Source: Epiperipatus broadwayi | Taxonomy: Eukaryota; Animalia; Onychophora | Direction: 5' to 3' | NCBI GenBank assembly: GCA_028023455.1 | Contig: JAQFVV010000008.1 | Coordinates: 9,362,001-9,426,000 of the forward strand | DNA length: 64,000 nucleotides | Shown here: piece after piece, positions 11,698-24,585 of the stretch | How positions within the stretch are numbered: position 1 is the stretch's first letter | Layout: every line of letters starts with the position of its first letter | Translations under genes and position numbers: made by a program | Notes under the pieces: generated by a model | The model's input: the letters and a program-made list of their open reading frames with translations, nothing else | What the model was told of the DNA's origin: nothing | The model's database searches: none

Positions 11698-11991
11698 AAT
11701 TATAAATACTAATTATTATAAATTCGTTATACTATTAAGAAAAGCTAATGGTTAATATTCATTACTTTTACATTGCACTAAGCCATGTAATAGGCATAAT
11801 TTTAAACTGGTAAATAAAAAAACAGCACTACGATTCTGGCAGTGTCTGCCAAAAGCATGCTTAGTGCAATGTAAAAGTATCGAATAATAATTATTGCCTT
11901 TTCTTTACACTCGATTATAACGAGTTTATAATAATTACAATAATTAAAGAAAAGTGAATTAAATATCATTTAGAATTATAAATACTAATTA
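11698..11991. repeat. Fold-back (arms ~11711-11784 / 11859-11935) flanked by an 18-bp direct repeat
   Basis: tacttttacattgcactaagc vs gcttagtgcaatgtaaaagta; AATTATAAATACTAATTA at 11698-11715 and 11974-11991. Confidence 0.75.
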
Positions 11992-12325
11992 AAATTATTC
12001 AATGAATATTTAAAATTAACTAAACAATTGTTAATAAAAGTCCCTTTTAAAAATTGCTATATTTATTTTTATTATTCCACTGTTGTTACTTAGTTAATAA
12101 TTTTAAACCTATGTAATAATACTCACTTAAAAAATATTTATTGTTTAATTGAAATCAATTTTAAATGTTAAAATACAACGAAGGATTAGACATAACAAAC
12201 CATAAAATTCCTTATTTCTAATAGAAAAATATACTATAATTACATAAAAATTAAGAACAAAAGCTTCCAGAAGTCTTTATTATTAAGAACTATCCTATAT
12301 AAGTTAGAGAACCCAAGTCACCAGC

Positions 12326-12667
12326 ATGTATAGGTACTGAACTGAGTTCAGATCTATATGACTATATAAGCTAATGAGCTTGGATTGAAAATATTACTGT
12401 GTTTTTAATTTAAGTCTCATAGTTTTGTAGTTAAGTAGAGATAAAAGGTGGCTGCTGGAAGGTTGCATTAGATCCTAAGATCTAGATGCAGTGCTCTCAG
12501 ATCCAAGGCTCCTCATTGACGAAAGCCACAAGCCAGAAACTAGTCTGGGAATATTGGATGAGTAGGCACTAGATGGGGATTTTATGCACAAGCCTTCTGG
12601 CATCCATTGATTACTCTGGCTTGCATTGAGTGGCAATAAGTATAGAGAGTTTTACCTGTTTCAATAA
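12326..12667 (+). mobile_element. Family 1 partial monomer with C3U-mutated hammerhead (core 12516-12545)
   Basis: ggctcctca-TTGACGA-aagccacaagcca-GAAACTAGTC-tgggaatattggat inside continuous similarity to the unit. Confidence 0.88.
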
Positions 12668-12849
12668 TTTAGTTCAATAGTACAGTGTCAGGCATGAGAG
12701 TCAAAGATTTATGGACTTAAGTTCAACATTTTACAAGTGGTGCTAAATATCATGTGACTCTTGAGCAACTATTCACATCTTAGAACTGGATTTGGAAAAA
12801 AAATAATACGCTCTTGCCACTCACTATAAGCTTGACTCTCCTCACAGTT

Positions 12850-14230
12850 ACCCTGCGTGGTTTGGCATAGTTGATAGAGTGTCATATTTGGGATCGAGTG
12901 ATTCCAGCATCGATTCTGGCGTTTGCAATTTTGGCGATCGAACTTCATATGAACTCCCGAGCAATAAAGCCATTGGCTTTTTTTTACCTCACAGTTTTAG
13001 GAATTTGTAAATAAATATTTTTTAAACAATTAAATTAATATAAAATAAAAAGATAAAACAGCCTTCCACTGTAAACATTTCGACATTCTTCCAAAGTGAA
13101 AAAGAATACATTACTCCCAAGGTTAACCAACTATTGAGTAACAAAAGTTTCAGTTTTTCACTTTAATCCCCCCCCCCCCTTCCAATTCCAGCAACGAAAT
13201 AGCTAAGCACTCGGATATATATCTTTGTGTAAGTATAAGCAAAGTATAATAATCTACTCCAGGTTTTCACATTTTATTTCTAATTTTTTTTTTCTGTACT
13301 CAGATATATACGATATAAATTTCAAGATTATGATAATATATACATTTAATTAGAAATTTGTTTACGTAAATATATATGTAAAATAACATTTGGAAAATGA
13401 TATAAAAGTTGGAAATCAGTTGCAATATAAACAATTATAAAAAAAGATTATAAATTAATAGGAGTGCTTTCGCTGTCTAAAGAAATTACCTTTATTTTAA
13501 AAAATAACACTCGTAAAAGATAATATTTTAAAAGAATACAGCTTTAATCCATTTTATTACTTTGGCAATGACTATTCGCTCAGTTACCAGTTGTTGTTGT
13601 TTATAGAATGTGATTAAGAATTTAGAAAAAAAAAGTCTATTATTCAAATGGTGGCAAGTTAAACATTTCACGCAGTGCCATGACCATCTTAACCACATTA
13701 GTCTGACTAAATATTCTCATCTTTAGCATTACAAGCCTGCTGAGAGACATCTGGGTTACCAGGCCCAGTAACCTTGCTAACCTTTGCAATAAAATTTATT
13801 ACCGGGCAAATGGACATTCATTGACGTCTAGCTGAACTAAACGCTATAACCTTGGTGTCATTTTTATTCATACAACAACGCAGAGTTTCTCACTTCTTTA
13901 TTTTTCTAAATATCAAAAAACAAAATCAATTTCTCACACTAATTTTAGAGAAAATTTATAATTTAAAAAGAACTGGTGTGGCATACAAAGCTTTAGAAAA
14001 CCACATTGGTAGAAATAATATTTACTTCGAAAGAAAGAAGAGTTTATTATACATTTAATTTATTATATTCGATTTTCGGTGGTTTTTTATTATCTATATA
14101 CTTTAGTGTATATGTCTAATACTTGTTTATAATATATATGAACTTAAGCATTTGGTGAAATAGTTAATGACTAGTATATAAATCAGTTGAACTAATATTA
14201 GCTCTGTTAGTAAAAGAATAACGTCTGTAG
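12850..14230. promoter_or_regulatory. CpG-retaining patch (candidate unmethylated promoter or regulatory island)
   Basis: Many CG dinucleotides (gatcgag, catcgat, ggcgatcg, ttcgac, ctcgg, tcacgc, ccggg, tgacgtc, ttcgattttcgg) against an almost CpG-free background; no transposon homology recognised. Confidence 0.45.
12852..12973 (-). CDS. Candidate first coding exon or short ORF (MALLLGSSYEVRSPKLQTPESMLESLDPKYDTLSTMPNHAG), product unknown
   Basis: ATG at 12973-12971, 40 open codons in a GC/CpG-rich patch, ending at a possible donor ..AGG|GTAACT (or at TAA). No homology recognised. Confidence 0.28.
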
Positions 14231-15255
14231 TATTTATATAAAAACTGACTGAAAAAAATTAATATTGTTAATCTTAAAACATTCTCTCAAAAGTTATTTC
14301 TAGACTCTGGGACATATCTTGGCACTTTCTGATGGAACATACAATATCAAGAGCAGCATTTGAATAATAATATAACAGATAAATCGGTTGAAATATTCTG
14401 TGAGAAAATGAGGTGCCAGTTTTGAAATATATCAATAAAATACAGAAGGTGTGCACACGTGTTCTACTAGTTAAGAAACACAATATCCAAAATATCTTTA
14501 TCTGATTGACCTTTAATCCCCATCAAAAGTAAAATAATACTGAGCAAATTTCTTAAAAGAGTTCTAAAAGAAAAGTGAAAAAAAAAATGTTAAAATCCAA
14601 GTAATAATTCAACACTTTAAATGCATACTATAATACATTTTGGTTATCTTTTATTTAAAATATTATCTGCTTTTTGAATAAAGTTTAAAATTATTTTTTA
14701 TGGCAATTTTATCATATATTTTGATTTGTATTACTTATTTTTTACATAAAATAGGTTCAGGGCATTAGAATTACCTTTAGTTAAATAGTATCAATATATT
14801 TTCATTACAAAAGTTGAGAAAGATAAGAATATTAATTTAAAATTGAGTACTATAAAAATTATACATACTAAACATTAACAAAAAATACTTGGTAATTTTA
14901 ATTCAATAAATTTTAATTCTAAATGAAACACAAAGTAGAAATTTTAGATCTTTATTTTTTAATTCTAAGTTCAAAATTCCAAATAGTTTTATTTAAGTTA
15001 CAGAGATGACAACAGAACAATTTGCTTGTCATAACAAAAAGTATGAATTGCATTCTGGCCAATTGCTTAAATCTAAGATTCCCAGTTTGATTCTTCAATA
15101 TAAAATAATGAAGTATCTTAAGAAAAGATTCTTGGGTTTCTTGAATAATCTTTAATTTTCATTGTTGTCTTCTAGTCACTTAAAAAATATTTCTGTCTGA
15201 TTTTCAGTAAATAAAAGGATATTCAGAAACTATCAAGTAGAGATGTTTCTGTCAA

Positions 15256-15327
15256 GTGTTGGTGGCCTAGCGGTTAGCATAGCTTCTTTTCAAGCAGCCA
15301 GCTCAAGTTCACTTCCCAGTCAATGCT
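15256..15327 (+). pseudogene. tRNA-Gly(TCC)-derived pseudogene or short SINE
   Basis: gtgttggtggcctagcggttagcatagcttcttttcaagcagccagctcaagttcacttcccagtcaatgc resembles animal tRNA-Gly(TCC) GCGTTGGTGG..GGTTAGCATAGCTGCCTTCCAAGCAG..; anticodon arm decayed. Confidence 0.8.
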
Positions 15328-17899
15328 TTGACATAAAATAAAAAAATAAAAAGTAGAGATGTTTCACGAATAGGACAAACTATATTTGTAAAATATTTAA
15401 ATGTAACATTAAAAAAATACTTCAAATTATTTATTTAATATATAATCAGATGCTTGGAAGCTCAAAAACATAAAAGTCATAGGCAGAAGATAGCAATAAC
15501 ATTTAATTGGCCATAGATTTTTCTTTAGATAGGAAATCAATTTTTACTCTTAAACTAATCACTCTTACAATATAACCAGCTATTCAAAGTAAGACATTGT
15601 GCATTACTTTAGAAACTTTTGGTTATTGTGAGACAGTATTGGACTATACTAAACTGATTATGATCAAGATACCATGTATATTTCCTCTTTTCTAAATTTT
15701 CTTACAAACAATTTTTCTTAAACTGTATTTATTACTGTACTTATTAAAATAAACTAATGTAATCAATGCACATACTAACAGTACAATATATTTCTTTCTC
15801 TTATTACTTGTATTGATCAATCTCAAAAGTATTTAATACTTTTATTGATACAATTTGTCTTTAGATTATCTAATTATTATTTTTTAATTTCTAAAATTTC
15901 AAACAATGTTTTTCATTTTTAACTTCTTTAATTTACAATATTAATATAGATTCTGGCATATTATTATGAATAAAAATATTTAAGTACTCTTTATTAGTTA
16001 ATTCTTTAACTAAAACATCAGATGTTATGTATATTGTACCCCTTACAACTGGTACAGACAATTTAGGTAGAGTTGGATAAGTAGCTATATTAAAAAAAAA
16101 ACTAAATTAGGTTATTTTCTAGTATTTAATTTTGATATTATAGGTAGTAGGAATCCCAACTCAGTAGATAAAAACTTATAAAGATATATTAGATACTTTG
16201 AACTCATTTTCAGATAAATTAAATATAAAATGAGACAATAAGTTATTTAAAAGATAGTACTAATTATAATTTATTATATTTAAAAGGATACTAAAGAGAT
16301 AGAATAGCTTAATTATAGCATTAAATATTTTGTACTATAAGTTTAAAGTAATTATTTTGTTTAAACTATTAGTTAAAAGATAATTAATTTAATATTAGTT
16401 TAAAATATGCTGAAAGTATCACATAGTTAAAGGTAATTGTATGAATATGAGCTTTACAAAAGTTAGGGAAAGAAAACTAATTTTAACTTGTTAACAAAAA
16501 TTTGATAAAGTGTAACAAATATAAAGTCTAGAGATAATATTAAAAAAGTAGTAGTTAAAATTATTATTATTTTATTTAAATGTAATATTTTAAGTCAATT
16601 TTAGGTCATTAAACTTAAAAAATTGTTTTAACAGGGATATTTATTTTTTTAGATAAATATATTTAGTATTTAAAGTATTGAATAATTTGATATTTAATAT
16701 TGATGACTCATAATTTTAAAACTTAATTTTAAAAAATGATATTGATGTAGTTATATAAATTAGCATATTTTATGAGCAATATTGACCAATAAAATCATTG
16801 GATTAAGGCCAGTGTAAAAAGAGAGGTTGAAACAAGTCTAGACTGATTTAGTGATGGTGATTGAGATTTTCACAGATTCTTAGTGATTTACAGATTCAGA
16901 TTAAGACTGATTTAGTTTGAAATTTATAATTATATTTTTTATATTGTGACAGTAGTAATTTCTTTTAAATTATTATTTTAGTTAAAAGTTTTGAAAAATA
17001 TAAGTGGAATAACTATTTAAATAATGGTTCATTAAAACACCAAATTTCCCTGTCAAACTATTCTTCTTGAAACTTAGCTTAGAACCTCAATAATTCTATG
17101 GAATGTGATAGTAGCTATTTAAATATTGGGACAATGAGCACCAAATGTCAAGGAATATACCGCAATTAGATGGAGATTTATGTAAGAATTTTGAATTTTT
17201 TATAAATAGTATGTCTGGGTGAGTGAACATTTATTTGAAATAACTTTATCAAATTACAATGAAGTCAATTTATTAAAGTTAATTAAGAATCAGATATTTA
17301 TTAAAAATCATTATCATAGTATTACATTTGAAAGAAAGAGAAGAAAGTTAAGACTCTTCATTTAAGTTTAAAACTGAATTTAAAATGTTTTATGGTATGA
17401 TAGTATGACTGTTTATTATATAATTGATAGTAATAATTTACATTTAATTTATCTTTAAAATAATCTAAATGGATTTACATTTAAGAACAATGTATTTAGA
17501 GACAAATTAAAGATGGCTTTTGAATGTCTTTTATGCTTTTAAAAGGACTTGCTATTGATCAAATCAATAAAAAAATTATATACTTTAAAAATAACTTTAT
17601 TTGGAATAAATGAATTCTGATTCATCTTTTTAAAAGATTGAAATTATATCAAATAGTAAATGCTTTGAATGATATAGTTGTCATTTTACCTGGAAAAGAA
17701 AAATATCTAGTGAAAAATGCATGCTTATAAGGATAAAAATCATAATTTTTTTTAAAAAAGAAATATTTATCTTAATATATAAACTACATGTCTGCTGATA
17801 TACATATTATATAAATAATTTATATTATATAATGTTTTCACTAAATTTGTTAACTGATGGAAAATGTGAATATTACTTATATTTACTGCAATATATTTG

Positions 17900-18220
17900 C
17901 TATATACAATGGACAAAATTAATGGAGAGTATGTACAGAGGAAAAACAAATATTTTCACATAAAATGGATCCTTGAATTCTTATTTTATGAAGATATTAC
18001 ACGCCTGGATAAAATTTTCAGAAATGGCTGGAATAAGCATTTTATTTTTCAGGATGATATTAATAGTCTTCTTGGATTTTATTATTATTATTTGTACATT
18101 TCTTCAAATGGTGCTGAGACAAGAATATGATAATTGTGCACAAAGTTTTCCACCCTTAACTAGGCAATGCGCAAGATTGCTGACAAGAGTTCAGCTTATG
18201 AACAGGAAGAGAGAAAAATA
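17900..18220 (+). mobile_element. Possible decayed hAT (Buster/GTF2IRD2-like) transposase N-terminal fragment
   Basis: Mixed-frame peptides KYFHIKWILEFLF, KIFRNGWNKHFIF and NCAQSFPP resemble the N-terminus of that group; recognised by eye only. Confidence 0.3.
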
Positions 18221-18347
18221 TATTTTTGTAACTTTAAACTATTTTTTATTATTAAGTCTAGCATTAATATTTAGGATATTACAATTTATTTTTATTTTTA
18301 AAAAACTAACCTGTTGTTATTATATTTTAAATTTAATCTTAAAATAG

Positions 18348-18906
18348 ACTAACTTTTATTACTTATATAAGGCTAAAACCTCAGTACAAGCACATTGAGT
18401 ACTTAATTTTAGCAAGAGAAACCTCTCCAAATCATAATGCAAGATTCAACTTTATAAAGATAAGAGGGACCGTCTTATCTCTCAACTTATTTTCTTAATT
18501 ATATAGGCATATCTAAAGGAACATGAAGCTAATAAAATCTTCACTGATTAAGTCCACTATTTCTGTTAAACATTAACATTCTCAAAATCTTTCGATTTAC
18601 AATGAGTCAATATTCACAAACGTTAATGTTTAACAGAAATAGTGGACTTAATCAGTGAAGAATTTTATTAGCTTCATGCTCCCAAATCAAAATGCTTTAG
18701 ATATGCCTATATAATTAAAAAAAATAGGTTGAGAGATAAGAGGGTCCCTCTTATCTTTATAAAGTCAAATCTTGCAATATGATTTGAAAAGGTCTTTCTT
18801 GCTAAAATTAAGCACTCAAGGTGCATGTACTGAGGTTTTAGCCTTATATAAGTATTAGGTGCTGTCATCACGCTTAATAAGAATTAATATTTACTAACTT
18901 TTATTA
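18348..18906. repeat. Fold-back (arms 18361-18578 / 18622-18853) flanked by a 14-bp direct repeat
   Basis: acttatataaggctaaaacctcagtac.. vs ..gtactgaggttttagccttatataagt; ACTAACTTTTATTA at 18348-18361 and 18893-18906. Confidence 0.85.
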
Positions 18907-19369
18907 TAATTAGTATATAAATAAGCATTTATTTTATATAGCATATGTTTACAATTGTATACATTCAAATATCAGCCTTTTAAGCTAATTGTGCATACGC
19001 TTTGCGAGTGTTGATAATAAATGAATACTTTCTCATCAATACAAGATATAGTATTTATGCAGGAATAAAAGGAATCCTCTTATTCCTATGACTCAAATGC
19101 TTATATATGAGCAAATCTGAAGTACTGGCAAGTAAAGCATGAGGATGGAACCATCATTTTAAATTACTATATACAATGTCTGAATGAATGTCATGGGTGA
19201 AATTGTCCAGAATTTACTAAACATCATTCCAACTGAAACTTAATCATATGTAAATAAGCATTTATTTATATCTTGTATTGGTGAGAAAGTATTCATTTAT
19301 TATCAACACTCGCAAAGCGTATGCACAATTAGCTTAAAAGGCTGATATTTGAATGTATATAATTAGTAT
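18905..19369. repeat. Fold-back (arms 18958-19050 / 19267-19359, near identical) flanked by a 12-bp direct repeat
   Basis: tatacattcaaatatcagcc..tacgctttgcgagtg.. is inverted at 19267-19359; TATAATTAGTAT at 18905-18916 and 19358-19369. Confidence 0.82.
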
Positions 19370-21426
19370 GTTAAATTTAAAAAAGAGTATTCAGAAAGTA
19401 CTTTTCTGAACAAAATAAATTACAATCGTAATTGGTTTTCTTGAATGTGTGGTCCAAGAAGTGGATCGTCATAAATGATCTTAATAATGGTTGAGATCAT
19501 TGGTAATTTCTTTTATTATTTAGATTACATTTAGCTTAATAATTTTTTTAAAAAATGATGTATCCTAATTAGTATTTTAAAGTAGTATTTCATATTGCTT
19601 GAATTTAATATTAAACAGTGGAAAGAATCGTTGATATAAATTATCATTGTGTGTATTTTTTATAAGAGAATTGATAAATGTGGATGAATGTTTTGAAAAC
19701 ATCCAAGGATATTTAAAATATTTATTTACTGTGAATGCTTGAATATGCATACATTAGATAACATTTAATTTATTAATGTTTTATCTTTATGAATGTTATC
19801 TGTTGAAATACAGAGAATGACATAATACTGATCTCTAAATTATATAATAAAAAATAAATAAATATATAGTATGAATGTATATTTTTTATCAAGATCATTT
19901 GTGTTTGAAAACTTTAAAAAACATCTAGAAATGAATTTAGATATTTGTTGTGTCTTTAATATTATTTTGGAAATTATTTTAGAATGCAGTTTGTATATTT
20001 TATGATGTTAAGAGGGTTATTCAGTGTGGAAAACATAGGATGGTGGTCGGCAGAGTAATATTCATATGAAATCCTAGGTGTTAGGGATATGTTGAAAACT
20101 GTGGTATGTGAATTACATTTCAATACTTTAAATTTATTAAAATATATAGATAACATAGGGATGTATATCTTTTTCCATAGACAGTTGCATTTCCTTATCA
20201 ATAAGTGCTATAATAGTACCATGACTTGAATTTTAGGTGCCTGATAAATATGGACCTATTATTATGATTTGCACTGTATCCATAATGATAATGTCTTACT
20301 TGTTGGAGTCATTGTTGCTACTATTCCATACCCTACACTTTAATTGCTATCGATCACCATAGGAATCATCATAGAGGATAGTTTTATAAGTTGGTAAAGT
20401 AATGACTAAACCATTTGAAGTTGACAATTTGTGAGAGGGCAAGATGAAGTATATAGAAATTTCTTTTGCAAATGATGTTGAGATATTTATGATTGTCATA
20501 GTATATAACATAAGAGAGGAATAATTGATACTCATCCAAATACTAAAGATCACTTAGCTCAAACAGATGCATATTTAAAGTAGAATGAAAGTGAGAATAG
20601 TATAAAAGATTAGGATATGATGAATATAAGAGTATAAAGGTGAAAGAAATACAAATGTCAAGCAATATAATTTATGGATAGTTCTTTAATTTTTATTATA
20701 AATAATTCAAACTCATTTAAGTTACAAAAATGTATGAAATTATCTCTTAAATATTTTTGCATAATAATTATTTTTTTTATAGAGGGAAGTATTTAAAATT
20801 TTCTGATATTCAAATATTAGGATGATACTTTGCTAAATTGCAAAGAAAGTCTTTAATAATTTTTCTTTTAATATTTTATTTGTTGGACTTTAAGAAGTGT
20901 ATTTTAAAATATAAACTTATATTGATGCACTACATCATAAGATGTATATTTTATAACACTATAAGTGTAATATTAAATTTTCTTAGAAATTGGGAAATTA
21001 ATTGCAACTGTTCCCAATATAAATAATAGAATATTATTTTACTGAATGAGGATTACATATTGTCATTACTGTTGTAAGTTTTTTTTATTTGCAATGGTCA
21101 GAATGGATGCTATTTTTATTTTATTTCTTGTCATTTATTGGTAAGATTTACTATAAATTTTTTTTTTATATTAAGTAATGTCATTTTTTTTATTATGATA
21201 TAATCTTATTGTAATAGTATAATATTGGTTAATTTATAAATAACGTTGTTAATTGTTTTAAAACTTATATTTTAGATGAGTTATGATTTATATGCATATT
21301 ATTTTATTTTTCATTCTACATGCATGATCTTCAGAAATTAATAATTTGAAATAGTACTTATTTAGCACATGATTCATAAAGATTACTTAGATATTATTTT
21401 ATTATATTTGATTAAATAATAAAGTA

Positions 21427-21556
<130 letters not shown>

Positions 21557-24535
21557 CTAGGAGATATGATCATTGGTGATTATTTTAAAAGATAGAACAT
21601 CAATGAAAGATATACTTGATATTGCCACAATATTAAAATACATTATATTTTATGAATGCCACATCAAACAAAAAGAGATTGTTCAATGTTTATTTAAAAT
21701 CTTATTATATTATTTATGTTTGATAGCTAAACTTTAATTATTAAATAGATTTAATGTTGAGAGTCATTAATTTATTTTAGATGCTTATTGTTGTTATTTT
21801 ATAAGAGTAATTAGATATCATATAAAATCCCTCATCATATTTAACTACAGGGTCTTAATTAATTAATTGATTTTTTATTATTAGTTTGTTAGAAATAAAC
21901 CTGAGATGATTATGTTGGAGAATAGTAAAATTTTCTATTGATAGATGATAAGTAAAAAATTATTAGTTAGTGTTAAATGTTAAATTAGTATTACTTCTGT
22001 AATAAATTTATAAATTATATTTCAGGATTATTAGATGTGTGTTTTAAGACATGAGACTATTACATGGTAGTTTTGTTATGTAATTTGGTGAGGTAATATT
22101 CTTATGCCATCAAGAATACATCTTTGATATATCCTCACTGTTTAAACCAGTGTACCTTACTGAACATCTCATGTTAAGAGTTCTATAATTATATTTGTTG
22201 TTTTTAATAAAACCATATTTCATTTATAATAATTAGCTAGTCATAAGTTGAATTTATTAGTAAATGAATGAGTTAAGTATTTCAATTGAAACCCTAATTA
22301 TTTATTATGAACCTATGTGTTATGATATTTTATTCAAGTAAACTTCTTTATATTTAATTATTAAAAAATATTGTTGTTATTAGATGCTGTATGTTAGCAG
22401 TGTACATTGAGCTAGTTATAATAATATTATTTTAATACACATTGTTTATGTAACCCAATTGCAGTTTAATATTGTTATATACTAGTTAGCCGGATCTTTT
22501 GTTCAGGATTTCTTGTTTTGGTACAATATATATATATACCAAATTCTAAATTATACAATATAACTATACAAAAATCACAGTATTAGTTTCAGGAAACCCC
22601 ATTCATCAGCTGTGTAGGCTTAAATCTTATTATATTAATGAGATTTTATTCACTTTATTGTAAAATATGAAAACAGAAAATAATATTTTTTATAATTAAC
22701 AAACACTCATATAATTTTATTCTGGATATGCAGGAATTATAATATTTCAAATTTTTTAAAATAAATCCTTATATATATATAATTAATAAATATATTATGT
22801 TGTCTTTTACACAATTAATAATTGCAAACTCAAATATATTCTAGTAGTAGGAACTTAATTAATTTTTTTATACAAACCATATCAATTGAATTAAATATGC
22901 ATTTGATATAATTAAGTCATTACACAACTATATCTCATAATATTATGAATGAGAGTATTTAAATATCTTTAATTAATTCATTATTTATTTTAATTTTTTT
23001 TTGTAGCCAAAATTGATGACTTCATTTTAGCAACTATAAGATACAAACATTGGTTTACTTTTTAGCATTTTGATATATATTTTTAATCATTTCTTGTAAT
23101 AAAAGAAGCATGAAAAGTTATCTTATATTAAATTATTATCTCAGATAAACTTAATGCCTGCTTCCATCTTTTTTCAAGATGAAATAGATTTCAATGTATT
23201 CTGCAATGTTATTTTTGGTTCATCAACAAGGCTAGTTCATAGATCTAAATAATATATTAATTTAAAGCAAACTTGTTATCCACATCCTAAATAAAAATAT
23301 ATGCCACTTTCAATCAAAAATATTATCAATCTAATTTTATATTTATAAAAAAAAAAATTAATAATCACTCTGTAAATATCATTATTTAACTAATTTTCCA
23401 AATATTAGAATACATTCAGAGATATTCTACAATCAGTGATAAATTGCTTCATAATTTGATCAAGTCATGAGTTAAAAACTCCTAGATTGATTCTTAGCTA
23501 AAGAAAGCAAACAAAATCTCAGTTTAATTAATTGAATGGAATTTCTGTGCTTATTATATAACTTTGGTGATCAACATCATTTGACCTCCCAAGAAACTGA
23601 TTATATATTTTTTGTGATTGAATAAATTTATATATATTATCTTAAAAACTTAATTATTTTATGATGTAATTTTAAACATATAATCTCAGTGCATTTGTCA
23701 TTATATTATATAATTTATAGTATTAAGAATCTGATAAGTAAAGGCAAACTATATCACTCATGACGTGATATGCTTAATCTTAGTTCTTACCATCTTATTA
23801 TGCCAATGGCTGCATATGTCATAAGCAGATAATTTATAAACATATCTATATTTGTTTTTTGAAAAAGTTTATTATGCACACTAAAAGCAAAAGTACCTAT
23901 GGTAATAAACCACTACTAGTGTTGAGTATAACAATTATACAAAAAATAATTAGATAACCAAACAATAAAGTAATGTATTATGCAAAGCAAAAATTAAAAT
24001 GTCTGTAAGAAATTAACCAATAATAAAAGTTATTAATTAATATGAATTACAGTGAAAATGTGTGATGTAATTACATTATAGTATTAAGTAAACTATACAA
24101 TGACTTGCATAATGTCATCTGTAGAACTGTCCTGCAAGAATATATTAAAGATAAATAGTGTAGTTATTATTACTATAATTTAATTAAAAGGATTTATATT
24201 TTAAAATAATGAATAGTATATAACAATTGCCAAAAGTGTTCTATTAATGGCATGATATATAACTACTATGAAGTGTTTGAATGTCAAGTTCTCTTCTCAA
24301 AGGCAAGTAGAATAATTAGGCAATGGAGTAATATGATCAAATGATAACAATTATCATTAATGGCAACTAAAGTATTTGGTGATTTAAAAATCTCATTATA
24401 GTCCCATAATATTTATGGATCCATGAAGTTATGTCAACTCATTTAAGGACCTTCTATTATCACAATTTATAAAAGAAATAGATAAGATTGCAGTAAATGT
24501 AATGAAATATTATTATTATTATTATTATTATTTAT

Positions 24536-24585
24536 TATAGTAAAGACTTGGTGTGATTTTATAGTAAAGACTTGGTGTGATTTTA
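24536..24585. repeat. 24-bp tandem duplication
   Basis: tatagtaaagacttggtgtgattt x2. Confidence 0.9.

Noticed and set aside
11836-11856. tggcagtgt as a miR-34 seed
   Set aside because: Only 9 nt match and there is no pre-miRNA-length hairpin.
12850-12990. snRNA, 7SK or RNase P gene
   Set aside because: No match to the U1, U2, U4, U5, U6, U11, U12 or RNase P/MRP signature motifs as I recall them.
16825-16850. gaaacaagtc-tagac
   Set aside because: No upstream CUGANGA or stem I partner.
17973-18347. 124-aa hydrophobic ORF as a membrane protein
   Set aside because: The hydrophobicity follows from T-rich codons (F/I/L); overlapping frames look more like transposase debris.
20237-20400. Possible plus-strand exon (VPDKYGPIIMICTVS…) after ttttag
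   Set aside because: All three frames hit stops before the candidate donor; no recognisable homology.
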